DNA from: an uncultured Balneolaceae bacterium
GTDB lineage: Bacteria; Bacteroidota; Rhodothermia; Balneolales; Balneolaceae
Length of the DNA stretch: 32,000 nucleotides
Assembly (NCBI GenBank): GCA_964528445.1
Contig: CAZGSL010000001.1
Coordinates: 82,530 to 114,529, forward strand
Reading direction: 5' to 3'
The notes below the pieces were generated by a model, which ran no database searches, was not told where the DNA came from, and saw only the letters and a list, made by a program, of their open reading frames with translations. This document shows, one piece after another, positions 16,190-24,136 of this stretch. Positions within the stretch are counted from its first letter, which is position 1. The number at the start of each line of letters is the position of its first letter. The position numbers and the translations under genes were made by a program.

Positions 16190-17122
16190 TCAATGCCCGC
16201 GCATGCGCACCTCGAACGTGATGCCTTCGGTCGCGGAGTTGTTGGCCAGCAGGACGCTGTATCCCATCTCCCGGGCGTAGGCTACGCACTTGGGCAGTCC
16301 GAGTCCCACTCCCCGGGCCTTGTTGGAGAAGAAGGGGTAAAACATTTTGGGGATGTAATTCTCCGGTATGGGCGCGCCGTAATTGGTCACGCGGATGGTC
16401 TCCTCGTCAAACGTTACGGATACGGGTCCCCTGGGGTCCCCCGAGTGTTCCAGGGCGTTTTCCAGGAGCTCCTCCAGGATACCCCGCAGCAGCACATAAT
16501 CGCTCTCCAGGGTCCGGAGGCCGTTGGCGATGATTACGTTCACGCGTTCCCGCTGTTCGGAGGCAAGCTCCCTGAGGATGCTGTCCATAAAATCCCTGAT
16601 GTTGAAATCGGAGATCTGGACGGTCAAATCCTTGGCCAGCGTATTGAGGTCCGCCAGGATCTTCCTGAAGTCATCCAGCCCGCTCTCCATTTCGCTCAGG
16701 TATTCGCGCTGCTTGTCGTCCAGCGGCTGCTCAGACAGAAGCTCGGCGTAACCGCTGATCCCGTTGAGGGGAGAGTGAAAGCGGTGGACCAGCAGCCGGG
16801 CCATCTCCCGCTGAAGCTCGAAGAAATCGAAATTCTGATCGATCCCCACGGGGGAGAACGTGGTCTTGATATAGGTGTGGTCGTTGAGGTTCAGCTTCTC
16901 CTCGTGAATCCGGTAGTACTGGTTTTCCCGCTCCCATATTACCGAGCTTCTCACCACCCGGTGCGGGGTGAAGAGCTCATCCAGACTTCTGCCGGAATCG
17001 GGGTCGATTCCCAGCACGCGGCGGGCGGCCCGGTTGGCGTACAATATTTTTTTCTCTGAGGCATCGGTTATGAGAGCGGGATTCTCATAGCCGTTGATCA
17101 GGGATTGAATAAACTTATCCAT
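16190..17122 (-). CDS. Soluble sensor histidine kinase (PAS - HisKA - HATPase_c), no adjacent response regulator
   Basis: No hydrophobic segment. PAS-like N-terminus (NPALITDASEKKILYANRAARRVLGI). H-box HRFHSPLNGISGYAELL. N-box LEELLENALEHS. G-boxes VTNYGAPIP and GVGLGLPKCVAYAREMG. Transcribed divergently from flgB. Confidence 0.85.
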   Translation of the reverse strand: MDKFIQSLINGYENPALITDASEKKILYANRAARRVLGIDPDSGRSLDELFTPHRVVRSSVIWERENQYYRIHEEKLNLNDHTYIKTTFSPVGIDQNFDFFELQREMARLLVHRFHSPLNGISGYAELLSEQPLDDKQREYLSEMESGLDDFRKILADLNTLAKDLTVQISDFNIRDFMDSILRELASEQRERVNVIIANGLRTLESDYVLLRGILEELLENALEHSGDPRGPVSVTFDEETIRVTNYGAPIPENYIPKMFYPFFSNKARGVGLGLPKCVAYAREMGYSVLLANNSATEGITFEVRMRGH

Positions 17123-17455
17123 TGGTCCGGTCGGTCCCTAAATGGGAGAAATCCAGCCGCTGATGAAACGGCCGTTGCTGAAAACCTTACTAGATCGATT
17201 TTTCATGCTCTATATCTCACTGATTGTATGAAAAAATACAGATAGTTGCACCTCCTGCCCTCCCCCGGGCGCATAGCCCGGCGACCGGCACCGGGACAGG
17301 CTGTCTAAAACGGTTATCAGCAGGCGCTCAAGAGATCTTAAGAAGGAATTTGCCGGCAGATAGCTTTTCCGCCGGCCGGGAAAATTTTGCCAGCGGCACG
17401 TTTCGTCCTCCCCGCCTACCCCCCTTTTACGCCCCGGAGACCCATCCCGTCAGCG

Positions 17456-17470
17456 TGGCACGGCAATTGC
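17456..17470 (+). promoter_or_regulatory. Sigma-54 (RpoN) -24/-12 promoter candidate for the flgB operon
   Basis: TGGCAC (17456-17461), GGCAA, TTGC (17467-17470) has the exact TGGCAC-N5-TTGC spacing, and the extended match is GTGGCACGGCAATTGCC. It lies 33 nt upstream of the flgB ATG, which has a GGAGG Shine-Dalgarno at 17495-17499. Confidence 0.7.
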
Positions 17471-17503
17471 CTTCCTCTTTACACGAACTAAGACGGAGGT
17501 GCT

Positions 17504-17851
17504 ATGAAACTGCTTGAAAATCAACATACCGCGCTTCTTGCCAAGGCGATGGATGCCTATACGCTGAGGCAGAAAATTACCGCTTCCAACGTAGCGAACC
17601 TGGATACGCCGGGATACAACAAACGCTCGGTCTCCTTTGAGGAGGAACTGCTGAAAGCGGCCGACAGCGATATGGGCCAGAGCACCATCGACTCGGTCCG
17701 CCCCGAAGTCGTGGAGTCCGACCAGGCGCCAGTCCTGGAGGAGGAGATGCTGGAGATGGCCGATACCCAGGTTCGGGTGAACATGGTAACGCGCGCGCTT
17801 CGCCAGAATTTTGAACTGATACGCTCCGGCATAACCGGCCGGACGGGATAA
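17504..17851 (+). CDS. flgB: Flagellar basal-body rod protein FlgB
   Basis: LRQKITASNVANLDTPGYNKRSVSFEE is the rod-protein N-terminal signature (SNIAN-type motif). 115 aa, with flgC directly downstream. Confidence 0.9.
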   Translation: MKLLENQHTALLAKAMDAYTLRQKITASNVANLDTPGYNKRSVSFEEELLKAADSDMGQSTIDSVRPEVVESDQAPVLEEEMLEMADTQVRVNMVTRALRQNFELIRSGITGRTG

Positions 17852-17869
17852 CGGTACGGGGTATCCCTT

Positions 17870-18364
17870 ATGGAAATTGACCGTTTTTTCTCCGTTTTCA
17901 AGACTGCCGGACGCGGGCTTGCCGCCCAGCGGGAACGGATCTCCGTCGCGTCCGAGAACATAGCCAACGCCAATACCACCAGGGCGGCGGACGGCGGGCC
18001 CTACCGGCCGAAAACGCTCCGGCTGTCGGCGGGAGAAGGCAGGCGTTTCGAGCGGACCCTTGAGGAGTCCCTGCTGCAGATGAACACCACCCAGGCTGAA
18101 CACAGAGCCGAACCCGGTCAGCCCGAAAGTGAGGGCGGAACCGAAGACCTGGGCCCGAGAGCGGAGGTGGTGGAGCAGGAACGATACCGTTTTGAATACG
18201 ATCCCGACCATCCCGACGCCGACGAAAACGGAATGGTCCGCTATCCCGACGTCAATATGGTGGAAGAGATGACGCGGATGGTTAGCGCCAACAGGCTCTA
18301 CGAGGCCAACCTGAGTGTTATCGAGGCGGAGAAGGAAATTATCAAACGCTCATTTGAAATCTGA
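17870..18364 (+). CDS. flgC: Flagellar basal-body rod protein FlgC
   Basis: GLAAQRERISVASENIANANTTRA at the N-terminus and MVEEMTRMVSANRLYEANLSVIEAEKEI at the C-terminus are both FlgC signatures. Confidence 0.92.
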   Translation: MEIDRFFSVFKTAGRGLAAQRERISVASENIANANTTRAADGGPYRPKTLRLSAGEGRRFERTLEESLLQMNTTQAEHRAEPGQPESEGGTEDLGPRAEVVEQERYRFEYDPDHPDADENGMVRYPDVNMVEEMTRMVSANRLYEANLSVIEAEKEIIKRSFEI

Positions 18365-18372
18365 CAACCAAT

Positions 18373-18600
18373 ATGGAAACACGAGGAATCGGCGGTTTTC
18401 AGGAGTTCACAAACAACCTGATCAACAAAGCCGGGAACACACCGCAGGCGGAGGGAAAGGATCTCTCGGAAGCCGAGCGAAACATGATCGAGAGCAAGTT
18501 CAAACCTGGGAACAGCCCCATTGACCTCTACGGTTCGTCCGGAAATGTCCGCACCGAAAACCCCGGTGCCAAAGGGGGGAACATCGACTTCACCGTCTAA
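18373..18600 (+). CDS. Hypothetical 75-aa protein inserted between flgC and fliE
   Basis: The ORF exactly fills the flgC-fliE gap (8 nt after flgC, 18 nt before fliE). Third-position G/C bias resembles the neighbouring genes. No TM segment or signal peptide, and I recognise no family. No obvious SD. Same reading frame as fliE. Confidence 0.5.
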   Translation: METRGIGGFQEFTNNLINKAGNTPQAEGKDLSEAERNMIESKFKPGNSPIDLYGSSGNVRTENPGAKGGNIDFTV

Positions 18601-18618
18601 CCAGAAAAGGAGTTCACC

Positions 18619-18942
18619 ATGCCCATTGACATAGGTCCCATCATAAGCAGGCTGCAGCAGCAGATGCCGGGTGACGAGGGCTTCGGCCGCCCCCGGCAGC
18701 TGGAGATCGGGGAAACGGAGGGGGAGAGTTTCTCGGATATGGTGCAGGATGCGATTGAAGATGTTGACGAAGCCCAGAAAAACGCCGATCAGAAAGTGGA
18801 GGATGTGGTGATGGGCCGCTCGGACAATATCCACGAAACCATGATCGCCATGGAGAAGGCCCAGCTGAGCTTTCAGCTGATGGTGGAAGTCAGAAACAAG
18901 GCGATAGAGACCTACCAGGAACTTAGCAGAATGCAGATCTAA
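18619..18942 (+). CDS. fliE: Flagellar hook-basal body complex protein FliE
   Basis: FSDMVQDAIEDVDEAQKNADQKVEDVVMGRSDNIHETMIAMEKAQLSFQLMVEVRNKAIETYQELSRMQI is the conserved FliE core and C-terminus. AAGGAG SD upstream. Confidence 0.92.
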   Translation: MPIDIGPIISRLQQQMPGDEGFGRPRQLEIGETEGESFSDMVQDAIEDVDEAQKNADQKVEDVVMGRSDNIHETMIAMEKAQLSFQLMVEVRNKAIETYQELSRMQI

Positions 18943-18959
18943 ATTTTCAGGATACCTTT

Positions 18960-20603
18960 ATGGCCCGGTTGATCGATGCGTTTCAAAATTTCTTCAGTCC
19001 CCTGAGCAGTGCCCAGAAGGCGCTGTTTGTGCTTTTCAGCGTGGGGATACTTACGCTGGCCAGTATGCTTTTTTACTGGGCGCTCCAGCCCAGTTACACG
19101 ACGCTGTTCGGGTCGCTGGCGCCGGAATCGGCCCAGACCATTGTAGAGGAGCTGGAAGCCGACGGTATTCCCTATAAGCTGGGAGACAACGGCCGCTCCA
19201 TCCGGGTGCCACGGTCCCAGGTCTACGACCTGCGGCTGGAATACGCCTCGGAGGGAGCTGCCGGGGCCGACCACCAGGGTTATGAACTCTTCGACCAGAA
19301 CACTTTGGGGATGACCGACTTCATGCAGCGCATCAACAAGAAGCGCGCGATGGAGGGGGAGCTTTCCCGGACCATCAATAACCTGGAGCAGGTGGAATCC
19401 TCGCGTATCCATATTGTGCTGCCGGAACGCTCCGCATTCCAGGAGTCCACCATAGAGCCCACCGCATCGGTGATCCTGAACTTGCGGCAGGGAAAGCAGC
19501 TGGCTGACGACCAGATCCAGGGTATCGGCGCCCTGATCGCCGGCAGCGTCGAGGGATTGACCATGGAGAACGTGGTGCTGCTGGATCAGCTTGGTAACCG
19601 TATTTCGGACAATGTACTGATGGGCAGTGAAGGATCCTCGGGGACGGCTCATATGCGCCTGCGGCAGGATACCGAGAATTACCTGACCACCAAGGGCCAG
19701 AGTATGCTTGACCGGGTACTGGGGCCGGGCAACAGCATCCTGCGCATCTCCACGGATCATAATTTCGACAAGCTGACCCGCCAGTCCAACCTGATCGATC
19801 CCGAAAGCCGCACGATTATATCGGAGGAGAAGCGCACCAGCACCAACAACGACCAGACCCAGCAGCCGGTGGGCCAGGGCGAGGACGGGGAGGAGCTTCT
19901 CTCCACCGACCAGCAGCAGGGAGAATCGACCGTCCAGGTGAGAAATTACGAGGTAAACGAGACCCGGGAGCAGCTGGAGCGCCAGGTGGGCGAGGTTACG
20001 CGGATCAGCGCCTCCATCCTTCTCAACTACAAGACGGAGGAGACCCAGAACGAAGAGGGGGAAACCGTCACCGAATTCGTGCCCTACTCCCAGGATGAGA
20101 TAGCCGACATCCGTGAGGTTATGGAGGGAGCCCTGGGCATCCAGGAGGAGCGCGGGGACCAGCTCTCCATTACCCAGATCCGTTTCCAGGACTCCTACCG
20201 GAACGCGCCCGGTGATGAGCCTTTCTTTACCGATCCCGTCTCCCTGTTCGAGCTTATCCGCTGGATCGTCATGGCGGTCATCTTCCTGGTGGTTTCGGTG
20301 ATGGTCTACCGGATGACCAAGAACTTCAGCCTGGGCGGCGAGCCCCTGCTGGCACAAGGAGAGAAGGAGGAGAAAGAGAAACAGCTGTCCGAGGAAGAGC
20401 AGCGGTACCTGGAGGGCGAAAGCTCAGAGGAGGAGGATATCTACACCGAGAAATTGAGTGAAGAGGCCAAAGAGGTGGCCAAGGCCAATGAGATGTCCGA
20501 TGAGATCAAGGAGTTTGTGGACAAGAACACGCCTGAGGCCGCCAGCTACGTCCGCAGCATGATGAGCGGGGTTATGAGCAGCGATTCAAAAAAGAACAAT
20601 TGA
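18960..20603 (+). CDS. fliF: Flagellar M-ring protein FliF
   Basis: 547 aa. N-terminal TM helix (ALFVLFSVGILTLASMLFYW). YscJ/FliF motifs (ELEADGIPYKL, RVPRSQVYDLRL, GMTDFMQRINKKRAMEGELSRTI, ESSRIHIVLPE). Second TM helix near the C-terminus and an acidic tail. Confidence 0.93.
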   Translation: MARLIDAFQNFFSPLSSAQKALFVLFSVGILTLASMLFYWALQPSYTTLFGSLAPESAQTIVEELEADGIPYKLGDNGRSIRVPRSQVYDLRLEYASEGAAGADHQGYELFDQNTLGMTDFMQRINKKRAMEGELSRTINNLEQVESSRIHIVLPERSAFQESTIEPTASVILNLRQGKQLADDQIQGIGALIAGSVEGLTMENVVLLDQLGNRISDNVLMGSEGSSGTAHMRLRQDTENYLTTKGQSMLDRVLGPGNSILRISTDHNFDKLTRQSNLIDPESRTIISEEKRTSTNNDQTQQPVGQGEDGEELLSTDQQQGESTVQVRNYEVNETREQLERQVGEVTRISASILLNYKTEETQNEEGETVTEFVPYSQDEIADIREVMEGALGIQEERGDQLSITQIRFQDSYRNAPGDEPFFTDPVSLFELIRWIVMAVIFLVVSVMVYRMTKNFSLGGEPLLAQGEKEEKEKQLSEEEQRYLEGESSEEEDIYTEKLSEEAKEVAKANEMSDEIKEFVDKNTPEAASYVRSMMSGVMSSDSKKNN

Positions 20604-20608
20604 CTGTT

Positions 20609-21640
20609 ATGAGCAGCGACACACAGATGATCGACGACATATCGTCGCTTAGCGGCGCCCAGAAGGTGGCCGTGCTTATGATCTCCCTGGGCGTGGAGAA
20701 GGCTTCCTCCGTCCTGAAGGAGTTGAAAGACGACGAGGTGGAGAAAATCACCATCGAGATCGCCAAGATGGACAACATCAGTCCGGAGGTGGTCGACGAG
20801 GTGGTCAAGGAATTTCACGGACTTATGAACGAGAAGCGGTTTCTCCTGGAGGGTGGAATGGACTACGCCCGGCACGTACTGAACGAAACCAAGGACCGCT
20901 ACGAGGTTCGCGGCATGATGAAACGGCTGGAGAGCAAGACCGGGAACGACACCTTCGGAATATTCCAGTCGGCCGAAACGGCCCAGATTGTCCAGTTCCT
21001 CCAGAACGAACACCCCCAGATCGCCGCGGTGATCCTGGCTCACCTGAACCTGAACCGGGCCGCGGAGATTCTGTCTGCCCTTGAGCCCGAGGCCCAGGGG
21101 GAGATTTCCATGAGAATGGCCCGGATGGGATCCATATCGCCCGATGTTATCGAAGAGATCGAAGAGGTGATCCGGGACCAGGTCAGCGCCACCTACATGC
21201 AGGCCGAGAACATACGGAAGGGCTCCTCCGCCGTGGCCAACATCCTCAACGAGACCGACCTGGCTACCGAGCGCAGCGTCCTGGAGTCGATCGACAAGAT
21301 CGATTCTCAGCTGGCGGAGGAGATCAAGAACCAGATGTTCCTCTTCGAGGATATCCTGGAGCTCGAAGACCGGGACGTCCAGGCTATCATCAGCTCGGTG
21401 GACCGCTCGGATCTGGTCGTGGGACTGAAGGGGGTGGCGGACGAGCTGGTGCAGAAGGTCCTGGACAACATGTCGTCCCGCGCGAAGGAGATGTTCCTGG
21501 AGGATATGGAAGCCAGCGGACCGGTGCACCGGAAGCAGGTCGAGGAGGCCCAGCAGCGTATTGTCAGCGAAATCAAGCGGCTTGAGGAGGAGGGACAGAT
21601 CACCACGCGCAAAGCCGACGCGGAAGAATTGGTTGAATAG
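20609..21640 (+). CDS. fliG: Flagellar motor switch protein FliG
   Basis: LSGAQKVAVLMISLGVEKASSVLKELKDDEVEKITIEIAKM at the N-terminus. C-terminal MFLFEDILELEDRDVQAIISSV and torque-helix region. The track ORF starts at TTG 20600, overlapping the fliF stop; I prefer the ATG at 20609. Confidence 0.92.
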   Translation: MSSDTQMIDDISSLSGAQKVAVLMISLGVEKASSVLKELKDDEVEKITIEIAKMDNISPEVVDEVVKEFHGLMNEKRFLLEGGMDYARHVLNETKDRYEVRGMMKRLESKTGNDTFGIFQSAETAQIVQFLQNEHPQIAAVILAHLNLNRAAEILSALEPEAQGEISMRMARMGSISPDVIEEIEEVIRDQVSATYMQAENIRKGSSAVANILNETDLATERSVLESIDKIDSQLAEEIKNQMFLFEDILELEDRDVQAIISSVDRSDLVVGLKGVADELVQKVLDNMSSRAKEMFLEDMEASGPVHRKQVEEAQQRIVSEIKRLEEEGQITTRKADAEELVE

Positions 21641-21651
21641 AGAAAACCATT

Positions 21652-22368
21652 ATGGACAGCAAGGTCATCAATTCGGAGCAGCTCAATTTCAAGGGGAAGG
21701 AGTTCGCCCGCCTCTCCTACGATATGCTGTTTGAGGATCAGGCGTCCGGCGAAGAGGAAAAAAATCCCTCGCTGGAGGAAGCGGTGGAGGGCATCAGCAG
21801 GGAGGAGCTCTCCGAGCGCCTTCGCGAGGTGGAGGAGGAGTGGCGTGAACGCCTGGAGGAGGAGCGGGAAAAGGCGGCCCGTGCGGCCTACGACCGGGGG
21901 AGGAAGCGCGGCAGGAAGGAGGCCGAGTCGTCGATGGAGAAGAACATCTCTACGCTGAAGTCGGCCCTGGAGAAGGCCGACCGGAAGATTGACGAAATGC
22001 TGGAGGAGCTTAAGCCGGAGATGGCCCGGATGGTATTTGACCTGGCCGAGAAGGTGGTCCGGGTTCCCCTGAAAGACGAGGGTATACGCCGGAAGGTAAG
22101 CAGTGAGATAAAGGAAGTTCTGGACAAGCTGGAGGAGGGAATCCGGGTAAAAATCAAGGTTTCTGAAAGCGATTACCTGGCGGTGGAGGAGAAGCTTGGG
22201 GATTGCGGGAACCGGGTGGAACTTACGTCCGGCGAAGAGCTGAATCCCGGGGAGTACTCCATTGACACCCGGAAGGAGAGGGTGGTGAAGCGTTTTACAA
22301 AGATCCTGGACGATTTCAGGGAATCCGTGGCATTGACAGACGACAAATCGTACAACGAGGTGGCCTGA
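21652..22368 (+). CDS. fliH: Flagellar assembly protein FliH (export ATPase regulator)
   Basis: Sits between fliG and fliI. Charged coiled-coil (EEWRERLEEEREKAARAAYDRGRKRGRKEAE) followed by a FliH-type C-terminal domain (VKIKVSESDYLAVEEKL...LNPGEYSIDTRKERVVKRF). Confidence 0.78.
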   Translation: MDSKVINSEQLNFKGKEFARLSYDMLFEDQASGEEEKNPSLEEAVEGISREELSERLREVEEEWRERLEEEREKAARAAYDRGRKRGRKEAESSMEKNISTLKSALEKADRKIDEMLEELKPEMARMVFDLAEKVVRVPLKDEGIRRKVSSEIKEVLDKLEEGIRVKIKVSESDYLAVEEKLGDCGNRVELTSGEELNPGEYSIDTRKERVVKRFTKILDDFRESVALTDDKSYNEVA

Positions 22369-23705
22369 TGATGCTCTCGTACATCAATGAGATATCGGAC
22401 CGGATGGAGGAGATGGAAGCGGAGCCCAAGCGCTTCGGCAAAGTCTCGTCCGTCGTCGGCACCGTCATCGAGGCCACCGGACTGGAAGCCTCGGTGGGAG
22501 AGCTGCATACCATTCACACCAGGCACGGTTCGGAAATCAGGGCGGAAGTGGTGGGCCTTAAAAACGAAGTGACCCTCCTCATGCCCCTGGACCGGGTGGA
22601 GGGAATCCAGGCGGGCTGCCTGGTGGAGTCCACGCCCCGCTCCATGAGCGTGCGCATCGGCGAATCCCTGCTGGGCCGGGTCATTGACGCCAACGGCATG
22701 CCAATCGACAACAAGGGTCCGCTGGTGGATTGCCGGAACTATCCCGTCCACAACGATCCCCCGGGTCCGCTGGAGAGGGAGAACATCGATGAAGTTCTCT
22801 TCAGCGGCGTGCGCAGCATCGACACCTTCCTGACCTTGGGCAAGGGACAGCGGATGGGAATTTTCGCCGGCTCCGGCGTCGGGAAGAGTACCCTGATGGG
22901 AATGATCGCCCGTCACTCCTCGATCGATATCAATGTGATCGCGCTGATCGGGGAACGGGGAAGGGAGGTCAAAGAATTTGTGGACGACGTGCTGGGTCCT
23001 GAGGGACTCCGCCGTTCCGTGGTCGTGGCCACCACCTCCGACAAGGCGGCGATGAGCCGTGTGAAAGCCGCTTATACCGCCACGGCCGTGGCGGAGTATT
23101 TCCGGGAAGAGGGGAGGGACGTCATGCTGATGATGGACTCCGTCACCCGCGTTGCCATGGCCCAGCGTGAAATAGGACTGGCCTCCGGGGAGCCGCCCAC
23201 CACCAAGGGATATACCCCCAGCGTGTTCGCCATGCTGCCAAAAATACTGGAACGGGCCGGAAAAACACCGGAGGGTAGCATCACGGGACTCTATACCGTA
23301 CTGGTCGACAACGACGATATGAACGAACCGATAGCCGATGCGGTGCGGGCCATCCTCGACGGACACATTGTTCTCTCCCGCGATCTGGCGCACAAGAACC
23401 ACTATCCGGCTGTGGACGTACTGGCCAGCGTCTCCCGCCTGATGGCCAAGCTGGTGGACGACGAAAAACGGGAGATCTCCCGGCAGGCCCGCGAACTGCT
23501 GGCGACCTACCGGGAATCGGAGGATCTGATCAATATCGGGGCGTACGTGGAGGGCAGCAATCCCAAAATCGATCGCGCGGTCGGATGTATCGAAGAATTA
23601 AACGATTTCCTGACGCAGGATATCACGGAGACTGATTTTGAGACCGACCTGTGGGAGAGGCTGGGACAGATCATCGGCTACGAAAATGCAGGTGGGATAC
23701 AATGA
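22368..23705 (+). CDS. fliI: Flagellum-specific ATP synthase FliI
   Basis: Walker A GSGVGKSTL, Walker B-type LMMDSVTR, and the FliI/F1-beta-like core (RVAMAQREIGLASGEPPTTKGYTPSVF). Its ATG shares one nucleotide with the fliH TGA. Confidence 0.95.
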   Translation: MMLSYINEISDRMEEMEAEPKRFGKVSSVVGTVIEATGLEASVGELHTIHTRHGSEIRAEVVGLKNEVTLLMPLDRVEGIQAGCLVESTPRSMSVRIGESLLGRVIDANGMPIDNKGPLVDCRNYPVHNDPPGPLERENIDEVLFSGVRSIDTFLTLGKGQRMGIFAGSGVGKSTLMGMIARHSSIDINVIALIGERGREVKEFVDDVLGPEGLRRSVVVATTSDKAAMSRVKAAYTATAVAEYFREEGRDVMLMMDSVTRVAMAQREIGLASGEPPTTKGYTPSVFAMLPKILERAGKTPEGSITGLYTVLVDNDDMNEPIADAVRAILDGHIVLSRDLAHKNHYPAVDVLASVSRLMAKLVDDEKREISRQARELLATYRESEDLINIGAYVEGSNPKIDRAVGCIEELNDFLTQDITETDFETDLWERLGQIIGYENAGGIQ

Positions 23706-24130
23706 AATTTACCTTCAAATACGAATCCCTGAAGAAGATCCGCCGTCACCGGCAGGAGCGGGAGCAGCAGAAGCTCGCCGCGATACGGGGACGCAGGGCC
23801 GGGCTGCAGCAGGAGCTGTCGGCCCTGAGGAAAGAGCTCTCCGCCCCGATGGACGAATCCTCGAGGCGGCACTCCGTACAGCATGTGCGCCGCACGTTCC
23901 AGCACCACATGAGCCGGTTGAAGCGGTGCTGGAAAATGGAAAAGGAGTTGCTTCAGCTGGAGCAGGAGATCGAGCGCCAGCGCCAGCGCCTGCTGGAGGC
24001 CGACAGGGAGAAGAAAGTCCTGGAAACCCTGGAGGCGCGGGAGAAGATGAGGTTTGTCGAGAAGCTCCAGCACCGCGAACAGCTCCGTCAGAATGAGATT
24101 GCAACCCAAATGTACAACCAGAGAGGATAG
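23702..24130 (+). CDS. fliJ: Flagellar export chaperone/stalk protein FliJ
   Basis: 142-aa all-coiled-coil protein (MKFTFKYESLKKIRRHRQEREQQKLAAIRG...) directly after fliI, with an ATGA overlap onto the fliI stop. The track ORF from 23651 is an upstream extension inside fliI. Confidence 0.75.
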   Translation: MKFTFKYESLKKIRRHRQEREQQKLAAIRGRRAGLQQELSALRKELSAPMDESSRRHSVQHVRRTFQHHMSRLKRCWKMEKELLQLEQEIERQRQRLLEADREKKVLETLEAREKMRFVEKLQHREQLRQNEIATQMYNQRG

Positions 24131-24136
24131 CAGATT

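Noticed and set aside
16168-16200. Terminator-like feature after the histidine kinase on the minus strand: GCGG/CCGC stem followed by UCUUCUUUUUUUU.
   Set aside because: The T8 run is real (A-run 16170-16177 on the plus strand), but the stem is only 4 bp with a 10-nt loop. That is too weak to call a terminator from sequence alone. The adjacent direct repeat TATACTT-GG-TATACTT (minus strand, about 16149-16164) may belong to the sucC promoter.
17224-17517. 97-aa ORF (TTG start) spanning the kinase-flgB intergenic region and running into flgB.
   Set aside because: Pro/Arg/Ala-rich translation, no SD, unusual start codon. It covers the sigma-54 promoter and the flgB ribosome-binding site, so it is most likely non-coding regulatory DNA.
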